A DNA stretch of 64,000 nt from Phoronis australis (Eukaryota; Animalia; Phoronida), in NCBI GenBank assembly GCA_002633005.1, contig NMRA01000109.1, forward strand, positions 230,256 to 294,255. The letters are read 5' to 3'. This document shows positions 40,457 through 53,400 of the stretch, piece by piece. Within the stretch, counting starts at the first letter, position 1; each line of letters starts with the position of its first letter. The notes under the pieces are model-generated. The model was not told the DNA's origin, searched no databases, and saw nothing but the letters and a program-made list of their open reading frames with translations. Both the position numbers and the translations under genes were made by a program.

Positions 40457-40686
40457 TGAAAACTATATTGGAATGTGTTTATATCCTGTAGTTACATAAT
40501 ATTCTATCTTCTTGTTGTTTGTGGTTTACTGGTTCCTGTTTTGTAGCCAGTACTGTATTAGCCATATATTCCTAGAAGCTATTGACTTCCTGTACATTTC
40601 TGTATATATTTTATTATTTGCTGATATCAATACACTTTTAGTCCGATAGCCAACTGGGCGCAATCTGTTCTACTCACGACTTTTCA
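40457..40686 (+). repeat. 3' LTR, preceded by a polypurine tract at about 40435-40454
   Basis: AAGGAAAAGAAAGAGTGGAA then TGAAAACT...TTTTCA followed by the TSD. Confidence 0.92.
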
Positions 40687-41091
40687 GACTGAATAGCTCT
40701 AGGCTAGCCTAGACTCTAACAACGGCGACAGGACAGATATATCATTTGACTTAGAAATTCAAGACTCTTCATCAGTTATTAAAAGTGACGCAGACAAAGG
40801 AGTTAGGACTACTGAATTTCACCTGTGGGCACAATAAAAAGCTCTGTCTATACTGTTCAAAAACAAGTACTGTTGTTACATTTTCATGATACATGCATGG
40901 TCACTCAGTTTGTGAATATCCTTAAAGGAGAACCAGTAACTTGCACTGCAGGGTACTATATTAAAATAACAACTGTTCTGTCAAGTGTTGCTAACTGGTT
41001 CGAGAATCAGATATCCATGAAATTGACTATTACCTCCAAAATACTATATTGATAACTTCAAATTCAAACAAAGTAGTAGTAGTAGTACTCA

Positions 41092-41508
41092 CCGGATCCA
41101 ACAGCAATGAACACATGAATTGACATTGTTGAGTTCCAGTGGAAGTAAGTTGACTTTAGACAATTCAACCAGCATCCCAACTTCAGGCTTGGCACTCAAG
41201 TCACTATTAATGAAATGGTTGTTTGCGCAGTCTAGTGGTTTCCACAGAATTCCAAGATGAGCCCGGTGTCTTGCCCTTGCTTTTGACGCAGTCACACAGG
41301 TGTGACACAGGTCCGGTAAACACGCATTTGTACATTGTCCGACTCTCGCCAAAACGAGTTGCAGCACTGTGTGTAGGTGTGGTGACTTGGTACTCCCTTT
41401 GTGCTGCATCAAGATTTCGCACATGTGCAGAGGACATTCTTTTAAGTCCCACGCACTTCATCATACTCCATCATAGCAGTTAACACTGCAAGTCAGGATC
41501 ATCAGCCA
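41092..41508 (-). pseudogene. Decayed first exon of a Cys/His-rich, probably transposon-encoded protein
   Basis: AAAATGGCT start and CG|GTGAGT donor. LQLVLARVG...HRAHLGILWKP resembles N-termini of invertebrate TE proteins as I recall them. Frameshifted. Confidence 0.35.
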
Positions 41509-43753
41509 TTTTGCCACAACTAAAGTGACACCTATTCTTTGACACTGGATTCACGAAAAACGGACAATTTTAATGAAAATGGAAAAAATACCTTTAAAAA
41601 TGCGCCTGGCTTAATGACACTAAACTAAATATTAATAAACCATCTTTTGAATCAAACCTACAGGTGTCGGTAGGTGAAGGTAATTTCCACTCATATGGTA
41701 GTCACAATCTTGAGATTCCTATAGGTAAATGTTCCGCGGCAGATTTCATTGCACCAATCAACAGCACTAAGATAGAAACGGCTTGTGTAAAAGTCTGGTG
41801 CTGATCAGTGTTGTGCCAGTTAAGATATACAGGCTCAAAGTGTGGCGAAATTGCAGTGCTTTGTTAACTTCTGACCCTTCTATACTTTATGCCTGAATTT
41901 TTTAACTTGGTGGCATAGTTAATAAGTATTGTTTAACGTGTTTGTGAAGCCGAAGGTCTGCTTTTGTTTAAAAATTACAAACAGTGATCTTGTGCACAGG
42001 GATTTTGAAGAACCAATCTAAAAATAGCAGGAGAAGCATTTGAAAGAATTGTACTGGTTGCCCGCCTGTGGAGGTCTTATACTGTAGGTTGGGACATACC
42101 ATATTATCAATACAATATGGTTGGGAATTGGTTGAACCACCATGGATATGAACACTCTTACGAACACAACTTGTGAGTACTAGCAATTTAAGAGAAAACT
42201 TAATGACCCAAGAGTTTCACTTGATGACACTAATGTTTGTGACTCACATTCACTTTTGAATGAAAAACAGTGATTATGAAATGGTTGATTATGAAAGGTA
42301 TAGTTCAAAATCACTTTTGCATGTTGAATGAATGCACCCTTTGACCCAATTCAGGTCATTCCGGTGCATTTTACCTCAAAACATTATAATCTTATAATCA
42401 GTAAAATTCCATTTATCATCTTATCAAACACAATGAATGTGATTGATATTCGATGTAGGAGTAATAGCAATCTGAAATGGAAGAACAAAAAAGAATAAAA
42501 ATACTAAGATAAAATACGTAGAACAGTGAGGCACTGCGCCAACATGCGCATAGTAATAAAAAGATAAAATACCTATAATTAGTAAAACTGCGCAAACACG
42601 AGTAGAGTAATTAGAAGGAAACCATAGACATCTTAATACCATAGACTGGGGGCACGCACTACTGCAGCTGACAACTTGACGGTATATAGGAGAGTGTCAC
42701 TAGTCACGTGACACAGCCGATTGCCATGTAAACAAATGAAGTAAATTGAACTTTAAAAAGATCAATATCTAACAAATAAAAACGCCGAAGAGTGTGATTT
42801 TTACCGAAAACATAAAAAACATGTGATGTAGCACTTACAGTCGTTCTTTAAGAGTTAATCAGTCGATAGGGAAAATATCAAACTATTAGAAGATCGCAAC
42901 CAGTGGCAAATTCTCGTGTGGCCTGAGCGGCTGTACGCCTGTCAATCCACTAAGAGTATTTTTATTTTTTTTCAAGAGAAACCAATTAGATTGCGCAAAT
43001 TTATCAATTAATTATATCCAATTACATTAATCATATGCAATTACATTATAACCAAGAGACGTGCCGCTCACTTGGGACGTATCTTCGTGGTGCCCCAATA
43101 AGCCTTTTTAAAGAGTGGTGAACAACGACTCCGGGTAACTTTGTAAAATTAAAATATGACCGGATCGCTTTTAATGGGATCTAAATTTGATGCGAACTAC
43201 TGTGAAAATTCATCTCATTAGGGTCACATAAGAATGATAGACTTTTAAAATTCATTAGGGCGTTCAGTACAGCGGTTGTGAGCGCTGTGAACAGCCGAGC
43301 ATAGTTTTTGTCTAGTACGACAAGATGCAGATAAATTATCTACCAGACTTATGACCGCTCGCATGTGAACACAGTCAAACTCACTACGATGGTACGATCG
43401 GACAGAATAGATTGTCATAACTTCGATTGTAGTTGGGCGAATTTGGTGATTCAGAAAGGTCATTGATTTGTGTTCAAACATTTCATAACAGCCCAGTGAG
43501 GATAAATGTTACGATCTAATCGGAGATTAGAGCAATTATCGAACCCTTGAACCCTAATTGCTTGAATGGACTTGATCAGTAGCCAGTATGATATTGGCTA
43601 TAGCGGTGATCCGCCCAACTTCTTGTGATATACTACTTACAAGTTAGACTCAACGGCATTACGCCGTAATGTAAAAACAACGAAAACAGACTCAGTTCCT
43701 TTACAGTGCATCGCTCGGAATTTCCAACAAACAAATATTCATCACTCACATAC

Positions 43754-44039
43754 GGTATTCCTCTCTCACGGATCTGATGTCTCCACGATAAAGTACCAGG
43801 CAATTGTTGACGTTTTTTAATATCCCCACACCGTGTGCTTACAAAGAGATCAGCCCAGCTCCCACTCATTATTTCGGAGTGTTCCTATCCATCTCAGTCC
43901 TTGATCTGATATACGTACTGCGCGGCCCTCCGCCGAGAAATTGAAAATAAATTCTTTTCTCACGCACGTTGTCTTGATCATCCCAACCCCCTGTTGCGGA
44001 GAACCGTTGAATAATGACGGGACACATTAAATTTAGACC
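43754..44039 (-). pseudogene. Decayed C-type lectin domain exon
   Basis: TTTTTTACAG acceptor. Across frameshifts: GWDD/KTTC..EFIFNF..LRWIGTLRNNEW/SWAD/..HTVWG../NVNNCLVLY, matching CTLD motif order. Confidence 0.45.
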
Positions 44040-47000
44040 CTGTAAAAAACTAACCGGGATCATTTTTCACGGGGTCATAATTAATGCTAAATCGGCTCGG
44101 TTGGTTATATTTCCATTCCGTTCCGAATGGGAAACTTTGTACTTTGTTGAAAGGTTGGATGCGCAATTCAGTCGTACAGGTTTGAAATTTTGGTTACTAT
44201 GCACTTCACTTTTTTGCACAAGTTTCGTCTTAAAACCAGAGAGCTCTTAAGAAAGCAGTGCAAATCTACAAAATTTCCAATATCAACTCGACAGAAGTAC
44301 AGATTTTTCAGGGATTTGTTGCTTTTAATAGAACAGAAGACATCTGGTTTTGGAATACATATTAAGAAATGAGTTCTTTAAGCAGTACATTTTTCAATAA
44401 AAAGAATACACTATTCACTTGGATGTTCTGATTTCGATGCCCCGGCTAGCGGGTATGTTCGGGAAGTTATTTTTCAGTTCAAGTAAAAATACATATGAGT
44501 GTTAATATAACTAGAAAACAGAATCACCATTGGATAACAGCATATGCTGTAAATATAATTAGCAAACAGAATGACCATTGGATAACAGCATATGCTGGTC
44601 AACAATTATATTTTTAATTGATCCTATATGGTCACCAAGACTGACGCATATAGTCACTCCGCTTAAACTATGGTGGCAGAACATAAAAACCTAGTTGCAG
44701 CACCAAGAAACTCGTTGGCAGAACCAAAAAACCCATGACTCAATGGCAGGACCAAAAAACTTAACTCTTTGGCTACCGGCATATGTAACACTGCGAGCCC
44801 TGGCATTTCCTGACTGACGCCGTAGGGCTGCCGGTGTTTTCCGCCATTTTTGTCTTGTGTAGCACTCTCCAATATGGCGTCATATTCTTGACAACGCAAG
44901 GCAGAATGGTGAATGGTGACGTCACACGCATGCTGGCGCCCCCAGTGGAGGCCATCAGAACTCGTAAACCGAGTTAACCATCAGTATCAGTACTGACCAA
45001 GTAGTCACAGATACATATGGATAATTTTATGTATCGTGACTTTCGTAAATCCTCAAAATCTAAGAATTAAGAATGTAATTGTGATATGATATACAATGAA
45101 TTCTGAGGTTGCGGCAAGATAAATAATGTTGCTCAGTTGAGTGTCTGAAATGAGTCTCGTGCGTCCACTGGTAGCCAACTGCGAATGGTCGGGTTACTTA
45201 AGTATGCAGTGGTTGTGTTCATTTTTCAGCTTCTCATGATTTACGGCAGTGATAAGACGTCTGCTGTCTGTGAGTGGAATGTGGCCAAGCATTCGGTTAT
45301 TTTGTTTTTCATTAATAATTTGAAAGTTATGTCGAACAAAATGGTATGCTCAAAGTCAACTCACGTTTGCAAAAGGTTTGACTAAATATCCGTTAATAGT
45401 TCCATTCAAGAACAGCACTGTCCGCGGCCTGCCATACAAACGAATCTATCGGTATAGAGTATCTTTGTTTGATACAAATGATGTTATCACCCTGAGTCAA
45501 GTTACCAGTTGTGTAAACAGACTGTACACTCTATAAGGGCAGGCCACCAGTGCAAAGTCTCCTAACCTCCACTGGGGGCGCCAGCATGCTTGTGACGTCA
45601 GTGGACAAAAGGGTTGTGGCCAACATTTACCGTTTTGCCAACGCAAGCTGCATGTATTTGAGTGGCGCGCACCCGGTATACATGTATGTGACATCTATGA
45701 AGGAAACCCAAGAACAACAGTACTCTGCCCTTCCCCGTGCACAGTTATAGGAACCAGAGAGATCACTGTGACAATAATGGACTCTGTGTTTTACTGGAAG
45801 TGGTATGGGTAGTTATTGACAACAACCCATTTACCTATTTTTGATAGGATTGCCCGATTGCTTAGTAAAGTGGCATATTTGATCGGCATGTACCCTTACA
45901 CCTGTGTGCTGAAATTAACGAGAATTCCTTGAAAAATATTAGGAGAGGTACATGTACGATTTTCAAAATTTGATGACCTTTGCAAAGAAGAATGTAAAAA
46001 TTGAAAATTATTTTGAATTGAATTCGAGTACAAATTATAAAGTTACTCAGATATGGCGCCAAGAATTGCAATGCCATTACGTGCACGAGCGATGTATTTC
46101 GTGGGTGACAAATTCGTCTGCCAGTCAATGGAACAAAAGCTATGGATCTCAAACTATTTGCAGGTATATATAATATTTTTTAAACGATTACGATTTGCAA
46201 ATATTTCAAGCCACGGAGTTTGGCATCATGGCTTAAATAGCAACTAGCTGGTACCCGTGCCAAGCTAGTGTACGACAATCTCTTTCGCTGTGTTTATGAT
46301 AGACATTGGAAGCTGTGATAAATGTTTGAGCAAGGAAACAAAATTATTATGTAAAAGCTGTGCCGTTATCAATGCTTTTTAGTATTATTTGCTGCTGTCA
46401 TCCAATTTTTGTTCTTCATTATGGCATTGGAGTTTTTGTTGGGCGTCCATCTTTGTACTTATTTCGCCGCACATGAATGAGATGGTAATACCACGAAGTA
46501 CATACACGCAATATATGTTTTATTGCCACACCTCAAATTCAAAATGTAAAGATATATTCAGATAGGTTTACAAATGCACGTTTCACGTGTTTAGCTGTAA
46601 TAAAGTCCTCAATCAAATTACCTTGGTACTATTCCCATCATAGTAGAGCCTGGAGTCGATTGCAGTGCAAACAGATTGTAGCAAAGATACATGTAAGGCG
46701 CAGTGGCCTTGACATGTTGAACACAACAGCTTCTACGAAACACATGCCTCACACTGCGTTGTCTTCGTGCAATTTCAGCGTAATACACGCCTCTTTGAAC
46801 GTATACAGCACCTGACCCTATTATACCCAGATATAGAGAACCCTACACGAGTCTCGGGTTTGCAATAGGGGCAAAAGCTCTTGGAAATGTCGTCAAAATT
46901 CCGAGACATAATCATAACTAAGACACGCTGACCTTAAAATTTGAGTTAAGGACAGCTTGAGGCTAAAAGTTTTCCACTGGACAGGCTGAACTACATGTAC

Positions 47001-47660
47001 ATTACACAGCCTCACACTATACAACCAGAGAACACCAGACAGTGCACAATTCGCGGGGATCATCTGTCACTAACTAATCAGTTTTGTCAATCTTCAATCA
47101 TAGTGACACACATCAAAGATCAACGATCAAAAACCTCGTGGATTAGTTACCTCTAAAACGTGATGTTTTGTCTCTTTGTTTCTTTCGTCCAACTATTTTT
47201 GCAATTAAATATTACAGAGGCAGCTTCATTCACATTTGTTCATCACCAAGGTGGCAAACTATTCGGTTCATCGTAAACCAAGTAACTTCAACTCTTCTAT
47301 ATGTATGTCATTGGGAACAGATATCTGCACTTCTAATTCACGCAGAGGACATTAAAATCCAAAGCGAGACTCATCGCGATAAGGAGGCACAGTAAGTTCT
47401 CACTGGGTTTTGCCCAGCATAACACACATCACTTGATTTGTCACCTTTTCTTCACTCTGTCGAAAACAGGATGCAAAGAACAGAATGACAGTTATTTCAC
47501 ATAAAAAGCCTACAGATGAGCACAGAAACTATATTTTCTTGTATTTTTGACCCTTTCACTCCCACTAAAAACCAAGCTAGACTACAAAAATAGGGGCAAA
47601 ACATGCAAAATAGTCACATTTTACCCCAAAACACCACTTCTCTGCCGATACACGACTTAA

Positions 47661-49345
47661 AGGAGCATGCCACCCAAACCACAACCTAATCTGTATCAAT
47701 TTAGATCGAGTAGTTCTACTCCATAACGACACGTAGGGTTGCGTTACCTGACACCTGACGGCAGACGGAGGTGTTGAAATTATCCAATGACGTCATCGGT
47801 TTCACACGCAGTCTGTTCAGCAGTTCACAACACGGGTTACTGGTGTCAGCTTATCGCTTGAAGTCATCGTTTAACGCCAATAAATCATCAAACTTCGATG
47901 TAAAACCCTTTAAAATACACCGAGTTCTTATAAAAACGTGTTGTTTTATTTCGCTCTTACGGATTTATTGGTTTTTGGACACACCGTAGCCTACAAAGTT
48001 CGGCAGACCAATAAAGGTCCGTAGCAGGAGTTTGGGGTCTGTTCGGAGATAATTTCGAAGTATTTTCCGTGCGATACAGACAGGAGAACCTAGATCTATG
48101 TTGTTTAGAACTGTGATTTTTTTAGTTCTAAACACAAAACGCTTGTTATCCTGGCCAGTGGCTTGTAGCCCGATCAGGCCCGTCGCGGCCGGCCGGATTG
48201 ACTCGTTATCTCGGCCAGTGGCTCGGAAACTGATCAAACATCACGAACATAAACCAGCCAAAGTTCAGTGGAAACTAAACTTCCAGTCAAGAAAATACTA
48301 TAATAGTGAGCCTAAGTAATGTGCACATGATTATGTTGATGAATTAGCCAGGAAACTGCAAATCTACTTACTCGTCGGGGGCCGCGAATTCAGGTTCCGC
48401 TTTGGCCACAGCACCGTCACTGCAGAAGTTGTACATTGACAATCATTATTTGAGTAATGTAAATGTAAATAAAGATTCCCCTAACACCTGGCCGTGGAAT
48501 GGAAATCGAGTTGTTTCACAACAGTTTCTGCCAGCAAAAAGGCACTAAATTAGCATGAGCTAACACGGCCTCGTTGACCCGTCAATTAGTTTCATTGCAC
48601 CTAAAGCCGGCAACGCAGTGATTTATTCATTGCTGGCTTCTCAAATCATTTGCTCTCACGAAAACTCCAAAGTCGTTACAAATTGCATCTAATGAGACAG
48701 ACTTTGTTTCAGTTTTATATAAGTATTGGTTAGGATGAGAATAATTTATTTTGAAGCAGAACACTCAGTAATAAACGCCAACATGACAACTCGCAATCCC
48801 GACTTAGGACGAGAGCTAGAGCTCATCAGTTCCGACTTCGCAGGTGGATCGTTAAGTTTTACAGGCTATCAATTCGAACAGGAATACAGTGATGAAGAAA
48901 TACTAGAGAGGCGGCGTGAAAAGCTCAGACAACGGAACGTATGGAGTTATTTGGTAAGGCGGCATTCGTGAGGCACTGTCGACGTCTGCAGGCCACAGAC
49001 ACGGAGATGTTTCACGGCCTCATGCTTGCTATTTACAGCGTACATTTCATTATTCACTACCATGAGCCACTTCCTAAGCATTTCGGACTCTCGAAGAAGT
49101 AAAAAAAGACTATATACCCGCTTTCCTCGAAGCTGCTTAGTTCGGACAAGCGGGAACGATACACCGCAAAATAGCGGCATTCACTCTGCATATGAACCAC
49201 TGACGTCGCTAGCGTCGTTTCTCACCTTCCTCACATGTTAACGCGACACCTCTTGGCGAGGTAAGGTCGACAGTATGCGACGCGATGTGGATATAGACTG
49301 ATTAAGACCGCAAAAAAGACTAATTAAATCGGGTGGCATTATTCC
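47661..49345 (-). mobile_element. Kolobok non-autonomous element, complete with both TIRs and TTAA TSD
   Basis: TTAA|AGGAGCATGCCACCC...GGGTGGCATTATTCC|TTAA. THAP-like ORF 49180-48947 (-) converges on a YQFEQEYSDEE ORF from 48783 (+). The flanks rejoin to match the uninterrupted sequence at about 27470-27650. Confidence 0.9.
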
Positions 49346-49719
49346 TTAATCCAACAGTAACAACAGGATGTTTGATAATCCGAATTCATTGTTACTATAC
49401 GGCGGATAACTTTTCTGCAATTGGGCCCAGAAAGGCAACTACAATATTTTCTTGCAAAAGTACCCTAGAGAAGGCGCAACCCTCTAAACATAACGAGCTC
49501 AGAGTAGGCCTGGTGGTTAACGGACTATTGATATAAGCTTTAGTCTTAAGTTAACGTTTTACGAGCTTTCAATTCATTTAAACAGGGATCACCTGAACCG
49601 AATTTCTAGGTCAAGGGTAACTAAGTAGAAAAGTGATTTTTGCGCTAGAACTCTCATAATCATTCATACGTTTTTCATTCCTAATCCGAGTTAAGTCACA
49701 AAGTTTCAACTCTTTAGGC

Positions 49720-50680
49720 GCCTCTATCGGAAATTCGTGTATTCTCTGAATTTATCTATGTTGCAACAACTGTTTACAAAATTTGAAGAGTCTATCTGAA
49801 AATTTGCATGATGAAAATCATTTCAACGGATTGTGTCGTGGTTGACCTATTTCAGGGTCTTTTAGTGCATGATGGGTAATAAGAATTGTACCAATGAAAT
49901 TTGATTGGTGAATGATTGAACTACCATGGATATGAAACACAAGTCTCTAGTATCACAAGTACGTACTACCTGACTGACTAAATCCAACATTTAACAGACA
50001 CGTGCACTTAATTACCCCCAAATTGTACAGTTTTTCACATTGACCTTTGACCTTAAAATAGGTTCAGTTGATTCTATCGGAAATCTCTACGTTCTGTGGA
50101 TGCAACAATGTGGCGCCTACCACTTCAAAAAATTGAAATGTCTATCTCTAGAATTAGTGGAAATCCCTTTCATCGCATCAATCAAAATAAACATGATTGT
50201 TGTTAAAGAATCGATGTAAGAGTAATAATAATCTGAAAATGAAGATAACGAATAAGAACTAGAGCGCAATTATGTACATGTATGTGCACCTACAACTCCG
50301 TGCATGTCGTACGCATATGCATATAGAGTTATAGCCGTTGTACGAAGCTTAAAAGCTGCGTCGTTGGTTTGAAAGACAGAGATGTCCCTGGTATACTATG
50401 AAATAATAACAGGGAAATGTTATCAAGTCAAGAAAAACTTTACCTTATTAACAGACAACTTCAAATAATGACCCTGAACCTAACTGCAAGGCTTTTGATT
50501 AGAATATCTAACTACATGTAATGTGTAAATTGGAAATTTCTTGCTCAAAAATCAGCACAGTGACCTTTGATATTAAAATGGGTACAACTGATTCTATCGG
50601 AAATTTGTAAATTCTGCGAATGCAACAATGTAGCACCTTCCTTTTTACAAAATTTGAAATGGTTATCTCTAATATTACAG
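49720..50680 (+). repeat. Diverged ~80-110 bp repeats, possibly Helitron/Helentron-associated
   Basis: CTATCGGAAAT...AAAATTTGAA..GT.TATCT at about 49724, 50074 and 50594, with TGACCTTTGA. A weaker copy lies at about 52065-52180. Confidence 0.5.
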
Positions 50681-52418
50681 CAAGAAAGACAATTCAAAGG
50701 AATATATACTGGTTGACCACTCTGGGAGTCTTTTAATGCATTATGGGTATTATAGTGTCTTTGAAATTTGACCACAGGCGCTTGGGCTTATCGCAAATGA
50801 CGTCACTCAGTAACATATATAAGAAAACATAAAGGTTGGACACTTAAACTTTGCCAAGCCGAGGCTCCCAACTTCAACCGTCCAAAATCCAAATAAAATC
50901 TACGTGTACCTCCCTTAGTCTGGTGTTGCATAAACCTTCGAAGCCTTATCTTTCCTAGATCCCATTAACTGTATTCGTGAGAGGTGAATTGGCGATGGAA
51001 TTTTTAAAACAATCTCAAAACTCTGAAATAGTAAACATGGCGGATTTCTGTTGTGCTTCAACTTGTACGCCTGTCGTAGGTGAAACTTCGAGTTTGAGCA
51101 GGCAACCTATATTTCAAATTCAATAATTCTAATCCAAAACTCAACTAATTGAGAATGTTAAAGTTAGTATTTTAATGATTATTTGTAACTTTATTCCACT
51201 GACGGCTCATTTTAGCCCTTAACTTAGAATGTTCTTACATAAACTGGCGTATCTTGTTTCTCATCTTGACATCACGCACATTTTTATTGAAGCACAACAC
51301 ACACACGGCCAGGAAACGCAGCCGTGCAAGTATTACAATGCGCGTGGCCGACGAGTTAACTCAATTGTTTTGGCCAAAAGTAAAACCTTCATAAGAAATC
51401 ACAGTACACAAAAAACTTCGCATATCAATACAGTATCAGGATAATTTATATTTGACACAAATATGGGAGTAATTACATTTATTTGGCAATAAAGTGCTCT
51501 CTGCTTCTCATGATCAAGTAGTCGATGGATTGACGGCGAAAGCCGCGCGAAATTAGACTTTTGGATTTAGCTCGGGAGCGTCTGTCAAAACCCGAATGTG
51601 CGAAGACCGTCTGCCATGACATCACGGAATTAGGTCCTTGATTTTGTGATTTTGGCATTCTTTTGGCATTTTTGTCGCCAAATTACCACTTGAAGGCAAT
51701 TTGAAGAGATCGAATGAAAGAAAGTATTCTAAGAGTTGTTCGATGCTAGTTTCGTGGAGTTCCATGCACATTTTAGTAGAAAATTCTGAGCAAGCAGATT
51801 TCGAGTGTCCAACCTTTATGTTTTCTGATATATTATGAGTGACGTCATTTGCGATAAACCCAAGCGCCTGTGAATTTGACTAGTGAATAGTTGACCGTCA
51901 ATGGATGTGAAATATGACGCTTGAAAACAGATTTGTACTGATTGGAAAAGTCCGAAAGTTGCACCTATTGACCTCAAATGTTGTGACTGAACGTTCTTGA
52001 TGAATGACAAACATATGCATGAATTTGAAAAATCTAGATCAAAAATTAGTTTTGCACTTAGTTACCTTTGACCAGGAAGTTCGGTTCAGTTAATCAGAAC
52101 AAAACTCCGTGTACGATCTGGGTGCACTTCAGTGGCACCAAGATGTTCATAAAAGTTGAAGAGTCAATCTCAAAAATATCATTTTAAAATATATCGGTTG
52201 ACCCCTCTTGGGGTTTCTATAGTTCATTTTGGGTCGTACCCGTATTATCAGTGGTGTTTGATTAGCAATTGAGTCAACCACCATGAACATGAACTCTCTC
52301 ACTAATGCAACATGTACACTGTACATGTAATTTCCAGGTTATTAAAAAGTCTAAAATTTAGCAGAAAGCCACACTTCGGCTAATGTCGTCAAAGTTGTTT
52401 TTGCAAATATAAATCAAC

Positions 52419-52745
52419 ATGACGGACTGTCGGAGTGGGGAAAGCCAGCAAGAAGACGCCTACTCCAACACCAACAGATGATGGGTCTTCACATGATGAA
52501 CAAGGTGACGTTGCTGCTCATGCAGAAGATGCGGCCGAATCTGAACAAGTCCACAGCCAGCCAACCAAAGAATAAAAAGTCCGTACTGATCTGAATGAGG
52601 AGAAGACAATGGCGGACTGGCTATGAGAACATCCTGAACTTTATATCAGCTCAATGCTTTTAAGGTATGGTGAAGAAGGACGCGGCGTGGGCTGAGCAGG
52701 CAGCCAGAGTTGATAAGCCAGTACCATCCCTGATCGTATGGTTTA
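52419..52745 (+). pseudogene. Harbinger accessory Myb/SANT (MADF-like) gene remnant
   Basis: EEKTMADWL*EHPELY...KKDAAWAEQAARVDKPVPSLIVWF, with three spaced Trp. Not in the ORF track. Confidence 0.7.
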
Positions 52746-53400
52746 GCGCTTCAGACATGTATCCTTCTCCACCAACATCAATCCAGACAAATTGGTAATC
52801 GGCGTCAAAAAGTCCCATCAACACCACTGAACAGAATTTTCTACAATTGCGGAACACACTGCCAATGCTGGGACACTTGCGAATTGCGTCGTGCTTCCCA
52901 TTCAGACCCCCACAGGCAAAGGGAACGTTCCAGCGCTGCTCGAACTTGTCAGCTACATCTTTTCATTCGTCTAGGGTGGTAAGGCATTGCATCTTCTCGT
53001 CTTTAATTTCTTCAACGATGGTTTGGCAGAGTTCTTTAACCAGCACAGATAGTGTGATTACTGGGACCCGGTAATTGAATTTAATGCTCGCCCACGTGTC
53101 TCCAGAGGCTAGGTGGCGAAGAGTTTTAGGAAGCTTCGTTCCTGGGTGCAAGGCCTTTCTTCTGTTGGTGTCCATCTTTGTGATACGTAGTCCAATACTG
53201 TTAAGTAGCTCATCAAACATCTCGGGATGAATCTGGCTGAGGATATTCTGGAACAAGACTGGATTCTCCTCTACTGAGCTCGACTATAAGCTGGTTGTAG
53301 TGGCTGAACTGCTCTCGTCTCACGTCGCCCAGCCAAGATCTCATCCAGCATCTTCTTCGTCTTGCTCGTATCTTTATTCGCATCTTGGCAGTCATTGCTT
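52745..53400 (-). pseudogene. Harbinger transposase (HARBI1-like) N-terminal half
   Basis: RRCWMRSWL..PEMFDELL..TLRHLASGD..FEQRWNVPFACGGLNGKH..SVVLMGLFDADYQFVWIDVGGEG, with stops and frameshifts. Confidence 0.9.

Larger units (their letters stand above)
37127..40686 (+). mobile_element. Ty1/Copia LTR retrotransposon, GalEa-type, internally deleted and decayed
   Basis: Two 230-bp TG...CA LTRs and a GACTG TSD (37122-37126, 40687-40691). gag LPDAVLAFKLL, protease AILDTGC, RT MDIKTAF..HVDD, RNase H FSDA..VVRSTLAAETLA..QVADCLTK. Integrase core missing. Confidence 0.95.

Noticed and set aside
40922-41597. A further Kolobok-like element starting TTAA|AGGAGAACC
   Set aside because: No matching inverted terminus was found.
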